A stretch of DNA of 64,000 nucleotides from Alphaproteobacteria bacterium. Its GTDB lineage: Bacteria; Pseudomonadota; Alphaproteobacteria; MPNO01; UBA830. The notes below the pieces were generated by a model that was not told where the DNA came from, searched no databases, and saw nothing but the letters and a program-made list of their open reading frames with translations. The stretch is from assembly GCA_964291215.2 (NCBI GenBank), contig OZ219791.1, positions 576,001 to 640,000 of the forward strand, given 5' to 3'. The position numbers and the translations under genes were made by a program. Positions 1 through 11,208 of this stretch are shown here, piece after piece. The stretch's first letter is position 1; every line of letters begins with the position of its first letter.

Positions 1-1119
1 GCGGTAGGGGCAGGAGCGCAGAAACGCGTCGACGACCTGATCAAGACCCTCGGCTCGAACCTCGTGATCGTGGTCCCGGGCACCACGACATCCTCCGGCG
101 CCCGGGGCGCCCGGGGATCACGGCCGACGATCACCGAAGACGATGCCATCGCGATCCAGAATGAGATACCGACGGTGGCCGTCACCGCTCCGCAGGTTCG
201 GGGATCCGGCCAGATCATCTTCGGCAACCGCAACTGGTCCACGGTGATCTACGGCGTCACCCCGGAGTACAGCCAGGCCCGCGACTGGGAGGTCAGGGAG
301 GGACGGTGGTTCAATCATGCCGAAGTGCGGGCCGCGGCCAAGGTTGCTCTGGTCGGCGAAACGCTGGTGAAGAACCTGTTCGAGCCCGGCGAAAACCCGG
401 TGGGGCAGATTATCCGCGTCAAGCGCGTGCCGTTCACGGTCATCGGCATCCTGATGCCGAAGGGTGAAACACCCCGCGGCAACGACATGGACGACGCAAT
501 CTTCGTGCCGCTGTCGACGGCAAAGAAGCGCCTGGTGGGAGGCCGGCGACTCTCGGGCCGCCTGGTCAGCATCATGTACGTGAAGTCCCGTTCGGCCGGG
601 GAGGTCGACGACACGATCCGCGAGATGACAAACCTTCTGCGCCAGCGCCATCGCATCCGTCCCGGCGATCCCGACGATTTCTTTGTCCGGAACCTGTCCT
701 CGATACTCGAGGCGCGCGCGGATTCGTCACGCGTGATGACCCTCCTCCTAGCTGCGGTGGCGTCGATCTCGCTCGTGGTGGGGGGAATCGGGATCATGAA
801 CATCATGCTCGTTTCAGTGACCGAACGAACCCGCGAAATAGGTCTGCGCATGGCGGTTGGCGCCCGCCGCAGGGACATCCTGCTGCAGTTCCTGATCGAG
901 GCGGTGACCCTCTCGCTGATCGGCGGCGCCGTCGGCGTGGCTCTGGGTCTGGCCGGCGCCGTCGGCGTCGCGTCGCTGGGCAGCTGGCCTGCAATCATCC
1001 GGCCCGAATCGATCGTTCTCGCGTTCGGATTCGCGGCCGCGGTCGGCATCTTCTTCGGTATCTATCCGGCGCGCAAAGCGGCGCAGTTCGACCCCATCGA
1101 AGCACTCAGATACGAGTGA
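1..1119 (+). CDS. MacB/FtsX-like ABC transporter permease (5' truncated by window edge)
   Basis: Frame open from base 1. It has a periplasmic domain followed by GGIGIMNIMLVSVTERTREIGLRMAVGA and C-terminal TM helices ending PARKAAQFDPIEALRYE. Confidence 0.9.
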   Translation, partial: AVGAGAQKRVDDLIKTLGSNLVIVVPGTTTSSGARGARGSRPTITEDDAIAIQNEIPTVAVTAPQVRGSGQIIFGNRNWSTVIYGVTPEYSQARDWEVREGRWFNHAEVRAAAKVALVGETLVKNLFEPGENPVGQIIRVKRVPFTVIGILMPKGETPRGNDMDDAIFVPLSTAKKRLVGGRRLSGRLVSIMYVKSRSAGEVDDTIREMTNLLRQRHRIRPGDPDDFFVRNLSSILEARADSSRVMTLLLAAVASISLVVGGIGIMNIMLVSVTERTREIGLRMAVGARRRDILLQFLIEAVTLSLIGGAVGVALGLAGAVGVASLGSWPAIIRPESIVLAFGFAAAVGIFFGIYPARKAAQFDPIEALRYE

Positions 1120-1194
1120 CCGGGCATTCGCCCGGCGCCGGGATCCGGCGCGGCAACGGCGTCCCGGGCAGGCAGGCCGCGGGACGGAACAGCA

Positions 1195-2331
1195 TCAGCC
1201 CGTGAGATCTTCCCAGAGCTCCTTGACGCGGGAAAAGAAGCCGTCCGACTGCGGACTGATAGTCGTTTCCCCGCGGGCCGGCTTCTCTTCGGCGAATTCG
1301 GCGAGCAGTTTCTCCTGACGCTTCGACAGGTTGACCGGAGTCTCGACGAAAACGTCGACATACATGTCGCCGCGGCGGTCGCTGCGCAGGATCGACATGC
1401 CCTTCCCGCGCAAGCGGAACTGATGCCCTGACTGAACTCCCTTGGGAATCGTCAGCCTTGCGCGCTTGCCGTCTATGGACGGCACCTCGACGACGCCGCC
1501 GACCGCCGCCGTCGTCATCGGGATGGGCACCCTGACCTGAAGGTCGCTGCCATCCCTCTGGAACAGCCGGTGCGGCCTGACCGAGATGAAGATGTAGAGA
1601 TCGCCGACCCCGCCGCCGCGCTCGCCGGCCTCGCCTTCGCCCGCCAGCCGGATCCGGGTGCCGTCCTCGACGCCAGCGGGTATGGCCACCTTGAGACTCT
1701 TCTCCTGACGGCGGCGCCCGTCTCCGCCGCAATGCTGACACGGATTCCGTATGATCCTGCCGGTTCCACGGCATGTGGGACAGGCCCGCTCGATGGTGAA
1801 GAAACCCTGCTGCGCCCTGACCTTGCCGTGCCCGTGGCAGGTGTCGCAGGTCTCCGGGCTGGAGCCGCTCTCGCCGCCGGAACCGTTGCAGGAATCACAG
1901 GCGACCGCTCTCGCCACCCGGATCTGGTTCTCGCATCCCGCGAAGGCCTCTTCGAGGCCGATCTCCATGTTGTAGCGGAGGTCGGCGCCACGACTCGAGC
2001 GCTGACGCCCGCTGCGGCCGCTGCCCATGAAGTCGCCGAACATCTCGTCGAAGATGTCGGCGAAACCCGAACCGAAGTCGAAACCCGAACCGCCAGCGGC
2101 CCCGCCCTCGAACGCCGCATGTCCGAACTGGTCGTAGGCGGCGCGTTTTTCCGGGTCCTTCAGGACGTCATAGGCTTCGTTGATCTCCTTGAAGCGCGTC
2201 TCCGCCTCGCGGTCATCCGGATTGCGATCCGGGTGGAACCGCATCGCGAGCTTGCGGTAGGCCGACTTCAGGGCCGATGCATCGGCATCCCGGTTCACGC
2301 CGAGCGCTTCGTAATAGTCCTGCTTCGCCAT
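1195..2331 (-). CDS. dnaJ: Chaperone DnaJ
   Basis: J-domain with HPD, G/F-rich linker and four CxxCxGxG zinc-finger repeats; lies downstream of dnaK. Confidence 0.98.
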   Translation of the reverse strand: MAKQDYYEALGVNRDADASALKSAYRKLAMRFHPDRNPDDREAETRFKEINEAYDVLKDPEKRAAYDQFGHAAFEGGAAGGSGFDFGSGFADIFDEMFGDFMGSGRSGRQRSSRGADLRYNMEIGLEEAFAGCENQIRVARAVACDSCNGSGGESGSSPETCDTCHGHGKVRAQQGFFTIERACPTCRGTGRIIRNPCQHCGGDGRRRQEKSLKVAIPAGVEDGTRIRLAGEGEAGERGGGVGDLYIFISVRPHRLFQRDGSDLQVRVPIPMTTAAVGGVVEVPSIDGKRARLTIPKGVQSGHQFRLRGKGMSILRSDRRGDMYVDVFVETPVNLSKRQEKLLAEFAEEKPARGETTISPQSDGFFSRVKELWEDLTG

Positions 2332-2421
2332 CACTCACCGTCCCCGGTCAGTCGCGACGCGGCGGGCCGCCGCCGCCGTGGGCCATCCGGCAAGGTGCTG
2401 GCGAAACACGCAGGCGCACAC

Positions 2422-4350
2422 TCAGCCGTTGCTGTCCTTCGGAGGATCGCTGTCGACTTCCTCAAAATCGGCATCGACGACAGACGGGTCGCCCGCTTCC
2501 GGACCCGCGGTCCCCGCCGCTTCGGCATCGCCGTCGGCCTGTTCCCGCTGGGCCTTGTACATCGCCTCTCCCAGTTTCTGGGAGACTTGCGCAAGCGCAT
2601 CGGCCTTGGACTCGATCGCATCCGCATCATCGCCGTCCATCGCCAGTTTGAGATCCGCGATAGCGGCTTCGATCGCCGACTTGTCATCCCCCGACACGAT
2701 CTCGCCATGATCGGCGAGCGCCTTCTCGGTGGTATATATCAGGCTGTCCGCATGGTTGCGGACATCGACAAGGCGCCGCCGCTTCTGGTCCTCCGCGGCA
2801 TGCTGTTCGGCCTCCGTCACCATCTTCTCGATGTCTTCGTCCGACAGCCCGCCCGAGGCCTGGATGCGGATTGTCTGCTCCTTGTTGGTCGCCTTGTCCT
2901 TGGCCGAGACATTGACGATGCCGTTGGCATCGATGTCGAAGGCTACCTCGACCTGCGGCCCCCCGCGCGGCGCCGGCGGAATGCCGACGAGATCGAACTG
3001 GCCGAGCAGCTTGTTGTCCGCCGCCATCTCGCGCTCGCCCTGGAACACCCGGATGGTGACGGCGCTCTGGTTGTCCTCGGCAGTCGAGAACACCTGGCTC
3101 TTCTTGGTCGGAATCGTCGTGTTGCGGTCGATCAGGCGAGTGAACACGCCGCCGAGGGTCTCAATGCCAAGCGACAGCGGCGTGACGTCGAGCAGCAGCA
3201 CATCCTTGACGTCTCCCTTGAGCACACCGGCCTGAATGGCTGCGCCGATGGCCACCACCTCGTCGGGATTGACGCCACGATGCGGCTCGCGTCCGAAGAA
3301 ATTCTTCACCGTCTCGACGACCTTGGGTATGCGGGTCATGCCGCCGACGAGGATCACCTCGTCGACCTCGCCGGCCGACAGCGATGCGTCCTTGAGGGCG
3401 GCCCGGCAGGGTCCGACGGTGCGCTCGATGAGATCGTCGACAAGGGCTTCGAACTTGGCCCGCGTCAGCTTGATGTTCAGGTGCTTGGGACCGGTCTGGT
3501 CGGCGGTGATGAACGGCAGGTTGGCTTCCGTCTGCCCCGAGGACGACAGCTCGATCTTGGCTTTTTCAGCCGCTTCCTTCAGGCGCTGAAGCGCCAGCTT
3601 GTCCTCGCGCAGGTCGATGCCGTGTTCCTTCCGGAACTCATCGGCGAGATATTCGATGATCCGGGCATCAAAATCCTCGCCGCCCAGGAACGTGTCGCCG
3701 TTGGTCGACTTGACCTCGAACACGCCGTCGCCGATCTCGAGGATGGACACGTCGAAGGTGCCGCCGCCGAGATCGTACACGGCAATCGTGCCGCTCTCCT
3801 TCTTCTCGAGCCCGTAGGCCAGGGCTGCCGCCGTCGGCTCGTTGATGATGCGGAGGACGTCAAGCCCGGCAATCCGCCCGGCATCTTTCGTTGCCTGGCG
3901 CTGCGAGTCATTGAAATAGGCGGGCACGGTCACGACCGCTTCCGTGACGTCTTCGCCAAGAAAAGCTTCGGCCGTTTCCTTCATCTTTTGAAGTATGAAG
4001 GCGGAAATCTGGCTCGGGGAATAGCTCTCCCCGCCCGCCTCGACCCAGGCATCCCCGTTGTCGGCCTTGACGATCTTGTAGGGCACCAGGTCCTGGTCCT
4101 TCCTCGTCGTCGGATCGTCGAACGGACGGCCTATGAGCCGCTTGATCGCAAACAGGGTCTTCGCGGGATTGGTCACCGCCTGCCGCTTCGCAGCCTGACC
4201 GACGAGCCGTTCGTCGCCGTCGGTGAAGGCCACCATCGACGGCGTGGTCCGTGCGCCTTCCGAATTCTCTATGACCCTGGCGTCGGTGCCGTCCATGACG
4301 GAGACGCAGGAGTTCGTCGTGCCCAGATCAATGCCTATCGCCTTGCCCAT
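2422..4350 (-). CDS. dnaK: Chaperone DnaK (Hsp70)
   Basis: Begins [14 protein letters not shown]; contains TVPAYFND and DLGGGTFD and ends in a VVDADFEEV-type C-terminus. ATG at 4350 chosen. Confidence 0.99.
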   Translation of the reverse strand: MGKAIGIDLGTTNSCVSVMDGTDARVIENSEGARTTPSMVAFTDGDERLVGQAAKRQAVTNPAKTLFAIKRLIGRPFDDPTTRKDQDLVPYKIVKADNGDAWVEAGGESYSPSQISAFILQKMKETAEAFLGEDVTEAVVTVPAYFNDSQRQATKDAGRIAGLDVLRIINEPTAAALAYGLEKKESGTIAVYDLGGGTFDVSILEIGDGVFEVKSTNGDTFLGGEDFDARIIEYLADEFRKEHGIDLREDKLALQRLKEAAEKAKIELSSSGQTEANLPFITADQTGPKHLNIKLTRAKFEALVDDLIERTVGPCRAALKDASLSAGEVDEVILVGGMTRIPKVVETVKNFFGREPHRGVNPDEVVAIGAAIQAGVLKGDVKDVLLLDVTPLSLGIETLGGVFTRLIDRNTTIPTKKSQVFSTAEDNQSAVTIRVFQGEREMAADNKLLGQFDLVGIPPAPRGGPQVEVAFDIDANGIVNVSAKDKATNKEQTIRIQASGGLSDEDIEKMVTEAEQHAAEDQKRRRLVDVRNHADSLIYTTEKALADHGEIVSGDDKSAIEAAIADLKLAMDGDDADAIESKADALAQVSQKLGEAMYKAQREQADGDAEAAGTAGPEAGDPSVVDADFEEVDSDPPKDSNG

Positions 4351-4447
4351 TTCCCACCTCGCAACCCCCCGGGCCGCCACAGGCGCGGCCGATCGGGACG
4401 TGAGCCCGCTAAGAGTTCATGATACCGTGATTTCGGTGATGCAACCT

Positions 4448-4476
4448 ATATAGGGAGCCTCCGCTGGCCTTACAAG
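4448..4476 (-). promoter_or_regulatory. Putative sigma32 (RpoH) promoter of dnaK-dnaJ
   Basis: Minus strand reads CTTG-N18-CCTATAT, matching the alphaproteobacterial RpoH consensus, about 100 nt upstream of the dnaK ATG. Confidence 0.7.
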
Positions 4477-4527
4477 TGGTGCAGGGCCGCTTCCGGAGAC
4501 CAGGAACGAAGCGCTCGGATCGTCGAC

Positions 4528-5436
4528 ATGATCGTCTCCGCCAGCTATCGCACCGATATCCCGGCCTTCCACGCCGACTGGTTCAGCAGATGCCTCGCGG
4601 CCGGCTCCTGCGAGGTCGCGAACCCGTATGGCGGTCCACCCTACCGCGTCGACCTCCGACCGCAAAGTGTCGACGGCTTCGTGTTCTGGACGCGGAACGC
4701 GGCGCCCTTCGCCAGCGCGCTGGAACGCTTGTCGTCGCTTCGCGTTCCGTTCGTCGTCCAGTTCACGGCAACCGGGTATCCGCGCGCCCTCGATGCCCAT
4801 ACCATACGGCCGGAAGAGGCGGCGGCGCAGATGGCCGAGCTCGCCGCGCGTTACGGCCGGCGCTCGGTCGTGTGGCGCTACGATCCGGTCGTGGTCACGT
4901 CGCTGACCCCTGCCGACTGGCACGAACGGAATTTCTCGCGCCTCGCGGCAGCGCTGCGCGGCACCGTCGATGAGTGCGTGATCTCGTTTGCCCACATCTA
5001 CCGCAAGACCCGTCGGCGGCTCGACGATGCCGGGCGCCGGGCCGACTTCTCGTGGCGTGATCCGGAAACCGACGAAAAACGCCGCCTCTGCGCCCGCCTG
5101 GCGGAATGCGCGGCGGAGTTCGGCATGCAGCTCACGGTCTGCAGCCAGCCCGGGGTCACGGCGTCTCCCGCGCTCCCGGCCCGTTGCATTGATGCCGCGC
5201 GCATTGCCGATATCGCGGGCCGCGTCATCCCGGCGCGACGCAAGGGGAACCGTCCCGGCTGCCTGTGCGCCGAAAGCCGGGATATCGGCGCCTACGACAG
5301 CTGCGCCCACGGATGCGTCTACTGCTACGCGGTCTCCGACCACACCCGCGCAGTCAGTGCGCTGAAAGGGCTGAAAGCGGGCGATGCGGCGCCGCCCGGG
5401 ATCACTCCTGAGGCTCGTCTTCGGACGCCGCCCTAG
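4528..5436 (+). CDS. DUF1848 family protein (radical-SAM-like, C-terminal CxxxCxYC)
   Basis: N-terminus MIVSASYRTDIPAF, then FVFWTRN, VWRYDP and C-terminal CLCAESRDIGAYDSCAHGCVYCYA. Confidence 0.85.
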   Translation: MIVSASYRTDIPAFHADWFSRCLAAGSCEVANPYGGPPYRVDLRPQSVDGFVFWTRNAAPFASALERLSSLRVPFVVQFTATGYPRALDAHTIRPEEAAAQMAELAARYGRRSVVWRYDPVVVTSLTPADWHERNFSRLAAALRGTVDECVISFAHIYRKTRRRLDDAGRRADFSWRDPETDEKRRLCARLAECAAEFGMQLTVCSQPGVTASPALPARCIDAARIADIAGRVIPARRKGNRPGCLCAESRDIGAYDSCAHGCVYCYAVSDHTRAVSALKGLKAGDAAPPGITPEARLRTPP

Positions 5437-6067
5437 CGACGGACACCTTGGCCGGGCGCAACAGCCGGTCATAGATCACGTAGCCGGTTTCGAGAACCTG
5501 CACCACCGTGCCCGGCACCGCGTCGGCAACGGGAACTTCGAGCATTGCCTCGTGGAATTGCGGGTCGAATTTCTCGCCCTCCGGCTCCAGCTTTCGCACC
5601 CCCTGCCGTTCGAGCGCGGCATGCAGGCTCTTCTCGGTCAGCTCGACGCCCTCGACGAATCCGGCCAAGCTGCCGTCTTCTGGATCGTCGTCCGCCGGCG
5701 CCGACTCAATCGCGCGGCGCAGATTGTCCGCCACCGTCAGGATTTCGAGCGCAAAGCCGGACGCGCCGTAACGGAGCGCATCCTGGCGCTCCTTCTGGGA
5801 ACGGCGGCGCAGGTTCTCCGTTTCCGCAAGCGCGCGGAGGAGCTTGTCCTTGAGGTCCGCGACCTCGTCTTCGGGAGCCGGGTCTTCCGGCGCCTCGTCC
5901 GCCGGCGGGGCGGTTTCGCCGGCGTCGCCCCGGTCATCATCAGCATTCGCCGACACGTCTCCGCCGGTCTCGGACGGCGAAGCGGCAGCCGAATCCTCGA
6001 CATCGGAGGCTGCCGCCTCCGGCGCCTTGCCCTCGGGGTTTCCGGTCCCGTTCTCGGAAGTGATCAC
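5402..6067 (-). CDS. grpE: Nucleotide exchange factor GrpE
   Basis: LRALAETENLRRR, FDPQFHEAM and GYVIYDRLLRPAKVSV motifs; AGGAGA RBS before the GTG. Confidence 0.97.
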   Translation of the reverse strand: MITSENGTGNPEGKAPEAAASDVEDSAAASPSETGGDVSANADDDRGDAGETAPPADEAPEDPAPEDEVADLKDKLLRALAETENLRRRSQKERQDALRYGASGFALEILTVADNLRRAIESAPADDDPEDGSLAGFVEGVELTEKSLHAALERQGVRKLEPEGEKFDPQFHEAMLEVPVADAVPGTVVQVLETGYVIYDRLLRPAKVSVARAASEDEPQE

Positions 6068-6092
6068 GATTCTCCTTCTCTCCTTCCCTGTC

Positions 6093-7151
6093 TCAGCCTA
6101 TGAGGCGGTCGATGACTTTGGCCGTGTAGTCGACCATGGGGATTATGCGGGCGTAGTTCAGGCGCGTCGGCCCGATGACGCCGATCGCGCCGACAAGGGT
6201 CTGCTGGTCGCCCTTGAGCGGCGCCACGACAAGGGAACATCCGCTCTGGTCGAACAGCGTGTTTTCTGCGCCGATGAAGATCTGGACGCCGTCCGCGTTG
6301 TCGGTGATTTCCAGAAGCCCGGCGATGAGTTCGTCGTTCTCGAGCGATTCGAACAGGTTTCGCACGCGATCGAGGTCCTGAACGGCCGCCACCTCGTCGA
6401 GAAGCCGTGCCTGGCCCTTGACGATCAGCGCTCCGCCGGACCTCTGATCCCCCGCCCACGCGGCGAGGCCGGCCTCGACCAGCCGGGCGGTGATTTCGTC
6501 GAGTTCCGCCCGTTGCCGCTCGATATCGCGGGCAATCACCGCGCGCACCTCCTCGAAGGTGCGCCCGGCGAAGCGCGCATTGAGATAGTTTCCGGCCCGG
6601 GTCAGCGACGATAACGGCGTCCCGGGAGGTATGTCGACGATGCGATTTTCGACGAAGCCGTCATCGGTCACCAGAACTGCCAGCGCGCGGCCGTCATGGA
6701 GATTGACAAACTCCATGTGCCGGAGCGGCCGTTCCGTCTTGGGCACGGCAACCAGCCCGGCGCAGTGCGCAAGGCCCGAAAGCACCGAGGTCGCTTCGGC
6801 AAGCGCCTCCTGGAGGCTCGTGCCGTGGCTGCTGCACTGCGCCTCGATGTTCATCTGTTCCTGGGCGCTGAGGTCGCCGATTTCGAGGAGGCCGTCCACG
6901 AACAGACGCAGGCCTTTCTCGGTCGGAAGCCGTCCGGCCGAGGTATGGGGTGCGTAGAGCAGGCCCATGTCTTCCAAGTCCGCCATGACATTGCGGATGG
7001 TCGCGGCCGAAAGCGGGCTGTGAATGCGGCGCGACAAGGTGCGCGACCCTACCGGAGATCCCGAAGCCAGAAAGCTCTCCACGAGCTCCCGGAAGACTTC
7101 GCGGGATCTGTTGTCCAGGGACTCGATCAGGTCGGAATTTGTGCCGTTCAT
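6093..7151 (-). CDS. hrcA: Heat-inducible transcription repressor HrcA
   Basis: PVGSRTLSR, SAATIRNVMADLE, PHTSAGRLPT and GVIGPTRLNYARIIPMVDYTA motifs. Confidence 0.97.
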   Translation of the reverse strand: MNGTNSDLIESLDNRSREVFRELVESFLASGSPVGSRTLSRRIHSPLSAATIRNVMADLEDMGLLYAPHTSAGRLPTEKGLRLFVDGLLEIGDLSAQEQMNIEAQCSSHGTSLQEALAEATSVLSGLAHCAGLVAVPKTERPLRHMEFVNLHDGRALAVLVTDDGFVENRIVDIPPGTPLSSLTRAGNYLNARFAGRTFEEVRAVIARDIERQRAELDEITARLVEAGLAAWAGDQRSGGALIVKGQARLLDEVAAVQDLDRVRNLFESLENDELIAGLLEITDNADGVQIFIGAENTLFDQSGCSLVVAPLKGDQQTLVGAIGVIGPTRLNYARIIPMVDYTAKVIDRLIG

Positions 7152-7173
7152 CTTGATCACCAACCGGTCGCGG

Positions 7174-7201
7174 AATATAGTCGCCGATCATTTGTTGTCA
7201 A
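7174..7201 (-). promoter_or_regulatory. Putative promoter of hrcA-grpE
   Basis: Minus strand TTGACA-N16-TATATT just upstream of hrcA. The -10 region CTATAT also fits RpoH. Confidence 0.55.
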
Positions 7202-7384
7202 CGATGTTGCGCCTCTCCCGGGGTGTACGCCACAGGATCAAGGTGCTTTCGGCCGTGTCGCGGCCCTGCCCGATTTCAGAAAACGGACAGCCCACTGCAC
7301 CAGCCCGCGATCCGATGGGCGTGTTGCGGCTGTGTTCACAGCGGCCCCATGCGGCAACGCCGCGATCAAGCGAAGGAGGAAAAC

Positions 7385-8110
7385 ATGCGCCCATCCGGCC
7401 GCGCTTCGGACGAAATGCGACAGGTAACGCTAGAGACCGGGTTCACGCCGTACGCCGAGGGGTCCTGTCTGGCGCGTTTCGGGGGGACCATCGTGCTGTG
7501 CAATGCCAGCGTCGAGAATCGTGTCCCGCCCTTTCTCCGCAATACCGGGTCGGGCTGGGTCACCGCGGAGTACGGCATGCTTCCGCGCTCAACGCATGAG
7601 CGGACGGACCGCGAGGCGGCGCGGGGGCGGCAGTCGGGCCGCACCCTCGAGATTCAGCGCCTCATCGGCCGGGCCCTCCGGGCGGTGACCGATCTCCGGG
7701 CGCTCGGCGAACGCCAGATCCGGATCGACTGCGACGTTATCCAGGCGGATGGCGGAACCCGGACGGCGGCGGTGACCGGCGCCTGGGTCGCCCTCAGGAT
7801 CGCCGTCGACGGCCTGTCGAAGTCGGGCGCCGTCGCCCGCGACCCGCTCGCGATCTCCGTTGCGGCCGTCTCCTGCGGCATCTATCGCGGCACCCCGGTG
7901 CTCGATCTCGACTACGCCGAGGATTCGACTGCCGACGCCGACGCCAATTTCGTGCTGACCGGCGACGGCAACATCGTCGAAATCCAGGGCACCGCCGAAA
8001 AGGCCGCCTTCGGCGAAGCGGCGTTCCTGCAACTCCTGGAACTCGCGAAGGGGGGCGCGAACGAACTGACGACAATCCAGCGTAAGGCCCTTGCCGGCGA
8101 CGGCGCGTGA
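7385..8110 (+). CDS. rph: Ribonuclease PH
   Basis: Starts MRPSGRA after a GGAGGA RBS; [14 protein letters not shown] and [14 protein letters not shown] motifs. Confidence 0.97.
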   Translation: MRPSGRASDEMRQVTLETGFTPYAEGSCLARFGGTIVLCNASVENRVPPFLRNTGSGWVTAEYGMLPRSTHERTDREAARGRQSGRTLEIQRLIGRALRAVTDLRALGERQIRIDCDVIQADGGTRTAAVTGAWVALRIAVDGLSKSGAVARDPLAISVAAVSCGIYRGTPVLDLDYAEDSTADADANFVLTGDGNIVEIQGTAEKAAFGEAAFLQLLELAKGGANELTTIQRKALAGDGA

Positions 8111-8114
8111 CGAA

Positions 8115-8723
8115 ATGCCCAGGCGCCTAGCCAGCGGTTGTCTCGTGGTTGCGAGCCACAACGCGGGGAAGGTTCGCGAAATATCCGAGCTTCTTGCGCC
8201 GTGGCCGATCAAGATCGCAAGCGCCGGGGATCTCGGGCTCCCCGAGCCCGAGGAAACCGGCGACAGCTTTGCCGCCAACGCGCTCCTGAAGGCCGCGGCC
8301 GCGGCGGCCGCGGCCGGGCAGCCGGCGCTGGCAGACGATTCCGGCCTCGCTGTCGAGGTCCTCGACGGCGCGCCGGGAATCCATTCAGCGCGATGGGCCG
8401 GTCCGGAAAGGGACTTCGCGGCCGCAATGGTACGGGTTCACGAGGCGATGGGATCGTCGCCCGACCGGCAAGCGCAGTTCGTCTGCGCCCTGGCGCTGGC
8501 CTGGCCGGAGGGACATGCCGAGATCTTCGAGGGCACCGTGTCGGGCAGCATCGTATGGCCACCCCGCGGCACGCGGGGTTTCGGATACGATCCGATATTC
8601 GTCGCGGCCGGCGACACCGCGACCTTCGGCGAGATCGCGCCGGCAGACAAGCATTCGAAAAGCCATCGCGCAGACGCCTTTCGCCAGCTTGTCGCCGCCT
8701 GCCTGCCCCCCGCTCCACGATGA
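8115..8723 (+). CDS. rdgB: dITP/XTP pyrophosphatase (RdgB/HAM1)
   Basis: [24 protein letters not shown] and SHRADAF motifs; sits between rph and hemW. Confidence 0.95.
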   Translation: MPRRLASGCLVVASHNAGKVREISELLAPWPIKIASAGDLGLPEPEETGDSFAANALLKAAAAAAAAGQPALADDSGLAVEVLDGAPGIHSARWAGPERDFAAAMVRVHEAMGSSPDRQAQFVCALALAWPEGHAEIFEGTVSGSIVWPPRGTRGFGYDPIFVAAGDTATFGEIAPADKHSKSHRADAFRQLVAACLPPAPR

Positions 8724-9949
8724 CCCTGCCGCCCGCGCCCCGCCACAGCGCCGTGCCGGAGGAACGGAGCATCTCGCTCTATGTCCATTGGCCTTTCTGC
8801 GTGGCGAAATGCCCGTACTGCGATTTCAACAGCCATGTCGAGAACTTCGTCGACGAGTCCGCGTGGCAGGCTGCGCTGCTCGATGAATTCGATCACTACG
8901 CCGCGGTCGCCGGCGCCCGTACACTCAGGACCGTCTTCTTCGGCGGCGGCACGCCGTCCCTCATGCCGCCGCGCATCGTCGGCAGCCTTCTCGAGCGGGC
9001 CGCCCGCCACTGGACTGTCGCAGACGATCTCGAAACGACCCTGGAGGCCAACCCCTCTTCGGCAGAAACCTCGAAGCTCGCAGACTTCAGGGCGGCCGGC
9101 ATCAATCGCCTGTCGATCGGCGTGCAGTCCTTCAGCGGCGCCGAACTTGCCTTCCTCGGACGGGCTCATGATGCCGCCGAGGGCCGGTGCGCCATCGAGG
9201 CGGCAGCGCGCCTTTTCGATCGCTATTCGTTCGACATGATCTACGCTCTTCCCGGCCAGCGGCCGGAACAGTGGCGGGAACAGCTGCGGACAGCCCTGAA
9301 CCTGGCCGGTGACCACCTGTCGCTCTACCAGCTTGCTGTCGAGAAGGGGACCGCGTTCTTCGCCGCGCATCGCGAGGGCGCCTTCGAGCTTCCCGATGAC
9401 GACACAGCGCTCGAGCTGATGGACGCCACCCACGCCGCCACCGACGCCGCCGGTTATCCGTTCTACGAGGTCGCCAACCATGCCGTCCCCGGCGGAGAGT
9501 GCCGGCACAACATGCTCTGCTGGCAGGGCGAGGACTATGCCGGCATCGGCCCCGGCGCCCACGGCCGGATTGAAGTGGCGGGAGCGCGCCACGCCACGGA
9601 ACAGATTCCGGGGCCGGCGGCGTGGCTGGCGGCCGTCCGCGCCAACGGTCACGGCACCCGGATGCGCGCACCGGTCGATCGGGCGCGCCGGCTAGACGAA
9701 CTCCTGATCACGGGCCTTCGCCTTGTCTCGGGCGTGAGTCGGGACGCGTTTTTTAGGGCGGCCGGAGAAGCGCTCGAGGCGCGGCTCGACATGGAGACCG
9801 TGGCCGCCCTCGAACAGGAGGGGCTGGTCCGTCTCGACGACGACGCGCTCAGGGCCACCCGGGCCGGCATGCGGTGCCTGGATTCCCTGATCGCCGCTCT
9901 TGCGGCGTGCGCGGCCCCCGAAGCCGACGCGGTGCAAACAGCGGGCTGA
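8720..9949 (+). CDS. hemW: Radical SAM heme chaperone HemW
   Basis: [19 protein letters not shown] and FFGGGTPS; ATGA overlap with rdgB. Confidence 0.93.
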   Translation: MTLPPAPRHSAVPEERSISLYVHWPFCVAKCPYCDFNSHVENFVDESAWQAALLDEFDHYAAVAGARTLRTVFFGGGTPSLMPPRIVGSLLERAARHWTVADDLETTLEANPSSAETSKLADFRAAGINRLSIGVQSFSGAELAFLGRAHDAAEGRCAIEAAARLFDRYSFDMIYALPGQRPEQWREQLRTALNLAGDHLSLYQLAVEKGTAFFAAHREGAFELPDDDTALELMDATHAATDAAGYPFYEVANHAVPGGECRHNMLCWQGEDYAGIGPGAHGRIEVAGARHATEQIPGPAAWLAAVRANGHGTRMRAPVDRARRLDELLITGLRLVSGVSRDAFFRAAGEALEARLDMETVAALEQEGLVRLDDDALRATRAGMRCLDSLIAALAACAAPEADAVQTAG

Positions 9950-9975
9950 AATCCGCGCCGGCCGTCGGCCCGGAC

Positions 9976-11208
9976 TCATTTGCCGCCGGAACCGAAGGTG
10001 CGGCGGGCGGGTTCCAGGACACGGCTGGCGCGGGAGTCCACCTCGCGAACTTCGAGGAGATATTGCGACATTCCGTTCGCGAGGAACCGAAACACGCCGC
10101 CTGCACCCGCAAATCCGGAGGCACCGGTCAGCATGGCCCGATCGAACGGCGCCTGTCCCGCCGCCGGCGCTCCGATCGCGGCCAGCGCTGCCATGTCGTA
10201 GGCCGCTGCCGCCAGCGGGGGCGGCAGCGTACCGAACGCCTGTTCGAAGGATTTCCGGAATTCGGCGCCGCGCGCATCCGGCACGGAAGCAAACCAGCTG
10301 CCGACCAGGGCCGGCTCCTGCCCGGTCCGTGGCGACGACCAGCTGGCCAGACCGAGAAACCGGACCCTGTCCGCGTCCAGATCGAAATATCCGAGTTGCG
10401 CGGCCAACTCCGAAAGCCGGTCGCCGCTGGCGGCAACGACAAGCGCGTCGAAGCGCAGGTTGCCGTCGCGCGCAACCTTCAGGGCCCGAACCGCCTCGCG
10501 CGCGTCGCCGGCGCCGAAACCGCGCGTGACGACGAGCCGCCCGCCCGTGCCCGCCAGAGCGGCGCGGAGCGCCTCGCCGACCCGCTGGCCGAAGGGCTCG
10601 ACCGGCAGCAACGCCGCGAATCTCCGCAGCCCCTGGCGCAAGGAGTAGTTGACGACCCGCGCGACCTGCATTTCCGGCAGCAGCCCGGCGAGATAGACTC
10701 CCGGCCGGGCGGCCGCGCTGTCGTTCGAGAAGGCGAGCATGTTGACGCTGGCGGCGAGGGCGGCCGGGGCGGCCGCTGTCACGACTTCGGAAAAAACCGG
10801 CCCAATAATCAGACCGGCTCCCGCCGCAATGGCATCCCGGGCGGCAAGGGCGCCGCCGGCCGCCGATCCCGCGGTGTCGAACGGCATCAGCACGAGGTTG
10901 TCATCGGCGAAGCTGAACTGAGCGAGCAACGCCGCGTCGAGGAGGCTCCTGCCGATTTCCGCGTGCCGGCCGCTCAGCGGCAGCAGAAGTGCGACGCGAA
11001 CGCGGCCGTCGACACCCACCCGCGCCTGCCGCTTCGACGCCCTGACAACCGCCGCGACCGGACGATCGACGGCCGCAGCCGTTGCGGCCCGCTCCTTGCC
11101 TGACGCGGCGGCTCCCCTATTGTGGCAAACAGCCGCCGCGAGCGCGATCATGGCCGCCAGGGCGATCATCCGCGCCACGTTGAGCCGGCTGTCGAGCGAG
11201 GCCCTCAT
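9976..11208 (-). CDS. Penicillin-binding-protein activator (LpoA/LppC-like periplasmic binding fold)
   Basis: VALLLPLSG, IIGPVFS and FAGAGGVFRF motifs; divergent from rsmI as is usual in proteobacteria. Start uncertain. Confidence 0.8.
   Translation of the reverse strand: MRASLDSRLNVARMIALAAMIALAAAVCHNRGAAASGKERAATAAAVDRPVAAVVRASKRQARVGVDGRVRVALLLPLSGRHAEIGRSLLDAALLAQFSFADDNLVLMPFDTAGSAAGGALAARDAIAAGAGLIIGPVFSEVVTAAAPAALAASVNMLAFSNDSAAARPGVYLAGLLPEMQVARVVNYSLRQGLRRFAALLPVEPFGQRVGEALRAALAGTGGRLVVTRGFGAGDAREAVRALKVARDGNLRFDALVVAASGDRLSELAAQLGYFDLDADRVRFLGLASWSSPRTGQEPALVGSWFASVPDARGAEFRKSFEQAFGTLPPPLAAAAYDMAALAAIGAPAAGQAPFDRAMLTGASGFAGAGGVFRFLANGMSQYLLEVREVDSRASRVLEPARRTFGSGGK

Noticed and set aside
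1570-4422. 950-aa plus-strand ORF
   Set aside because: Antisense shadow of dnaK/dnaJ. This is the well-known spurious 'NAD-specific glutamate dehydrogenase'-type ORF produced by codon bias.
4351-7384. CIRCE operator near hrcA, grpE or dnaK
   Set aside because: No TTAGCACTC-N9-GAGTGCTAA seen in the intergenic regions. In Alphaproteobacteria CIRCE usually sits at groESL.
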